A DNA stretch of 64,000 bases. Source: Azolla caroliniana. Lineage: Eukaryota > Plantae > Polypodiophyta. The notes under the pieces are model-generated. The model had not been told where the DNA came from, did no database searches, and worked only from the letters and a program-made list of their open reading frames with translations. The stretch spans positions 4,650,001 through 4,714,000 of the forward strand of contig JBHGNT010000006.1 in NCBI GenBank assembly GCA_043228905.1, read 5' to 3'. A program made the position numbers and the translations under genes. Positions 60,901 to 64,000 of the stretch are shown in pieces. The stretch's first letter is position 1. Each line of letters opens with the position of its first letter.

Positions 60901-62948
60901 CTTTGTATATTTGTATTGCGTCTCACAACTGTTTTTTGGCCAAATTTTTATTTTTATTTTATTTTATTGTTAGGGAATGTAAAATATTTGTTTAAGAAAT
61001 AAAATATTTAGAATACATTAGATATGTTAAAGATATTTAAATGGAAGTTCTAAAATTTAGAATACATGTTAAACACTTCAGAGCATTCTAAAACACATAC
61101 TAAACAGAAAATAAGTATGATGCATACACACCTACACATGACCTGTATATGTATCATATACTGAGGCACATTTAGACTTCTACAAATTGAAACTTTGGAT
61201 TCGACCCCTAAGTTAAAGATTCAGCTTGTCATCGACCTAGGAAACTAATACTCTCAATATAATTGTTTACTAGCTTATCAAACAACTTAGATTGAATTAA
61301 TTTGGAAAAACCATTTGCAAACATACTTGGCTAAGGTGTCTTCATAAAAGAAGCATAAGATATTATCATCATGAAAAATATCTAACAATAAATTAGGGAA
61401 CATAAATTACCTGGTTATTTCTAACAGCAATGGCAGATCGCTTTGGAATGAAAAAATTTCCAGCTAGAAGATCGAGGTCTTTTGTATGCACACCCTGCAC
61501 AAGCCATGAGACAATTCAAGTAAAACTGTACTAACAAAAGGTTAAATGCAACGGTTATCTGAACTGTTACTTTCGATATATCCATGATATAGCAAAGATT
61601 TGGGAACTGACTGTTAAATGGATCCACTAGGCATAGCATGTGTTTGTGAATAGAAACCAAATTACGATGGGATGTTTGGGGCATTAATTGATGTCATTCA
61701 TTATTAAGAAGATGGTCATACAGCCTAATTTTTTATTACATGTAATTGATATCATTTATCCCAGCTATACATTTTGCTATATGATATCAATAGCACTTCC
61801 ATATTTTGAGGACACATGTAGCTTAATTAATGATAGAAACATGCATAATTTTTATCAATGTTTAATATATAGCTTAATTAATGATCAGATCATCCATAAT
61901 TTTATCAGTATTTAATATATAACTTAATTAATGACAGGAAAAACATATAATCTTGATGTTTTATAAGATTAAGTAATTATATGAACATTGCAAATTTTCT
62001 CAAATAGATAGAGATTGATGTTTTGAGGATGTCTAATATATAACTTAATTAATGATAAGATCAATGAAAATTTCTCGATGTTTAATATATAGCTTAATTA
62101 ATGATAGAAACAATATATAACCGCTCAATGTTTAGTAAATATCTTCATTAATGATAAGAACAATGTGAAATTGCTCGATGTTTTATCAGCTTAATTAATT
62201 ATAGGAATAATGCATAATGCCTTGATGATTTATTGGAGAAACTAACAGTGGGAGCAATGCATGGATGTTTAACATATAGTGCATTTAACGATGAGAACAA
62301 TGCATAATTCCTCTGTTTGTGGACCATGATAATATCTCACCTTCCGAGCAGCAATGCTTCAAATTTTTAAACAAATTGAAAAAATAACTTTTTTTTTTTT
62401 TACTTTTTTATAAGCATAAAAATAGCTTCAATAGAAACAAACTACAAGTTTAAAAAGGTAACTAAGTTTCCAGAAGATAAATATGAGAAATATATATATA
62501 AAGAAGTTACCAGTTCAGAAGAGTGAAGAAGTAAAGTTTCCCAATTTCCATGACAACTGATCCTGATAACACTATATTTGACACCATTGAAAGAGATTCT
62601 TTCGTCTCTGCTAGCACTACCACTACTGTTACTGCTGCCACTGCTACCTCTATCCGTAGAAGAAGAATCTTTGCGATCTTTCTGATTCTTGAAGAAAGAA
62701 TCTCCACCTCCTTCAGATTTACTACTGATGATACGGAGGCCGAGGCGTTTCGGAGAAGAAGAAGGAGAGGGAAGGGGAGGAGAAGGAGAGGAAGAAGAAA
62801 ATCTGTGAAGGATGGGAGGAGGAGGAGAAGGATCTGAGAAGCTTCCACGGATTCCAATGTTCTGCCATGGATGGTGATTCTTCTTCTTCCCAGAGGAGAC
62901 GAGAAATCTGAAGACAGTTCTGAAACCCTTCCTTGTCGATCTGGTCAT
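48975..62948 (-). CDS. MRS2: MRS2/MGT (CorA-family) Mg2+ transporter with predicted organellar transit peptide and C-terminal EF-hand, 17 exons, 564 aa
   Basis: Exons (all GT-AG, phases consistent): 62948-62511, 61494-61411, 55563-55487, 55365-55294, 54946-54803, 54718-54659, 54575-54494, 54304-54237, 53889-53802, 53714-53655, 53574-53489, 53412-53371, 53297-53165, 53081-53006, 49804-49728, 49221-49165, 49025-48975 (1695 nt). Motifs ILVRMENVRALI, LPFHLHMMECLL, LQRLLPLKRAL, LDTTRNRII, TM1-FFGMNL-TM2. Confidence 0.92.
51100..52570 (+). mobile_element. heavily decayed Ty1/copia RT-RNase H remnant in MRS2 intron 14
   Basis: AFLHGNLDEELYM, KDLG...ILRMRI, GYCDSNMA, EASKEAIWL and PADCLT remnants in copia order. 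Confidence 0.8.
58522..60470 (+). mobile_element. Ty1/copia remnant in MRS2 intron 2 (LTR about 58522-58831, PBS-like 58834-58845, gag 59012 to about 59580)
   Basis: TGTTGG...TTACA then TAGTATCAGAGC. Gag FEGTGFDLW...LMRKLV...LLMTLPYSLETLVVSL...ILNEEIRRK. The right boundary is uncertain. Confidence 0.75.
61800..62230. repeat. AT-rich minisatellite of about 50 bp in MRS2 intron 1
   Basis: Core A(G/A)CTTAATTAATGA recurring at about 61820, 61871, 61921, 62042, 62091 and 62188. Confidence 0.75.
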
Positions 62949-63189
62949 GGAAGGAAGGAAAGACGGACGGAAACAGACAGGCAGACAGACGACACAGCGA
63001 GGATCGTCGTAAAACCCTTACACCTTGTTCGTTCACACAGAAACCGACAGTAGCAGGTTTTTAGTACAATTGTTTCTTTTTTTTCCCCCTTGTAGGCTTC
63101 TACTGAAAAGCGTTGTTTTCTTTTTGGGGCCTAAATAATTTGTCGGTACAATTCGGTGATGTTTCTGAAGGTGGCAGGCATCTGGAGAA

Positions 63190-63990
63190 CTATTTTTGTG
63201 ATGTTGGGTTGTATAAAATATTTACAAAGGTCTTGGCAAACATATTGCAAAAGTATTTACTAACGTTGATACATCCCGCCCAATATAGTTTTTATTGCAT
63301 GTAGGAATATATTGCATAATGCGTTGAATGCCCAAATGGTCATGGTTTATATGCACAACATTCTCATTGACAATTAATTATGGCGCAATTAGACTTAGAA
63401 AAAACTTATGATCATGTTAATTTAATTGGTCCTTTGTTTCTAGGCTAATGCATAATGGGCTTTGGACGTCCTTTGTTTCCGAGTTAACGCATATAATCCA
63501 TGAGAATCTTGAGAAAGGGAGGCTTGTATATGAACCGATTTGCATTAGCTTCTAGATTACATGCATATTAATTGGAGGAAATCTAGTCTCGTATCAATAA
63601 CTGAAAGAGGTTTGGAATGTCTAGGATGGCAAGGATCCATGGTTAGGAAATGCTCTATTTTTTTACACTTAAGGTATCCATTGGGAATGAATGTTACAAA
63701 TGGGCAATTGAAGAATGGATGTCAAGTAAGTTAAGACATAAGTTGATGTATTGGACATCACAATTTTGGTCATTTCACCTACGCCTAAAGGTTGTACAAT
63801 ATATATGGAACCCATAATATTATATTACTAGTCATTGTTGCCATGGACAAAGAAGGCTTGCATTTTGTTTTGCACCTCTTCAATATTTGTTGTGGCAAAA
63901 GAGGGAGAAGATGAGAATCACATGGGTTGTGTGGAATCATCTAGAAAACCTCTAAGTGCTTGGGGGGAGCTAGAAATTTGGAGTTATCTA
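63190..63990 (+). mobile_element. decayed L1-type LINE RT remnant upstream of MRS2
   Basis: LYKIFTKVLANILQKYLLTLIHPAQYSF...RNILHNAL...QLDLEKTYDHVN. Confidence 0.7.
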
Positions 63991-64000
63991 TGCATCCGAT

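Overview
Eukaryotic, land-plant nuclear DNA, probably from a fern or other non-seed plant. That assignment is inferred from the PLS-class PPR gene, the retroelement types and the gene style. The window has two compartments. Positions 1-32.6 kb are a mostly GC-rich nest of retroelements. It holds at least six pieces of one non-chromoviral Ty3/gypsy superfamily (TGTCGTG-type LTR starts, tRNA-Trp PBS, DHGS protease), a young RT-deleted Ty1/copia element with intact LTRs and TSD, an L1-type LINE and the 3' end of an RTE-like LINE. Positions 32.6-64 kb are AT-rich gene space. It holds an intronless dirigent gene, an intronless PLS-E PPR gene, an acidic low-complexity gene and a 17-exon MRS2/CorA Mg2+ transporter gene that I reconstructed by hand, plus decayed copia, LINE and SINE remnants. 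Three signals stand out. (1) A conserved -1 ribosomal frameshift cassette (G_GAU_UUU, UAG, stem, possible pseudoknot) lies after the protease in three divergent gypsy copies. (2) Almost all gypsy insertion junctions are 4-bp N-CG-N sites. (3) The MRS2 transporter carries a spliced C-terminal EF-hand module. All coordinates were read by eye and no database search was run.
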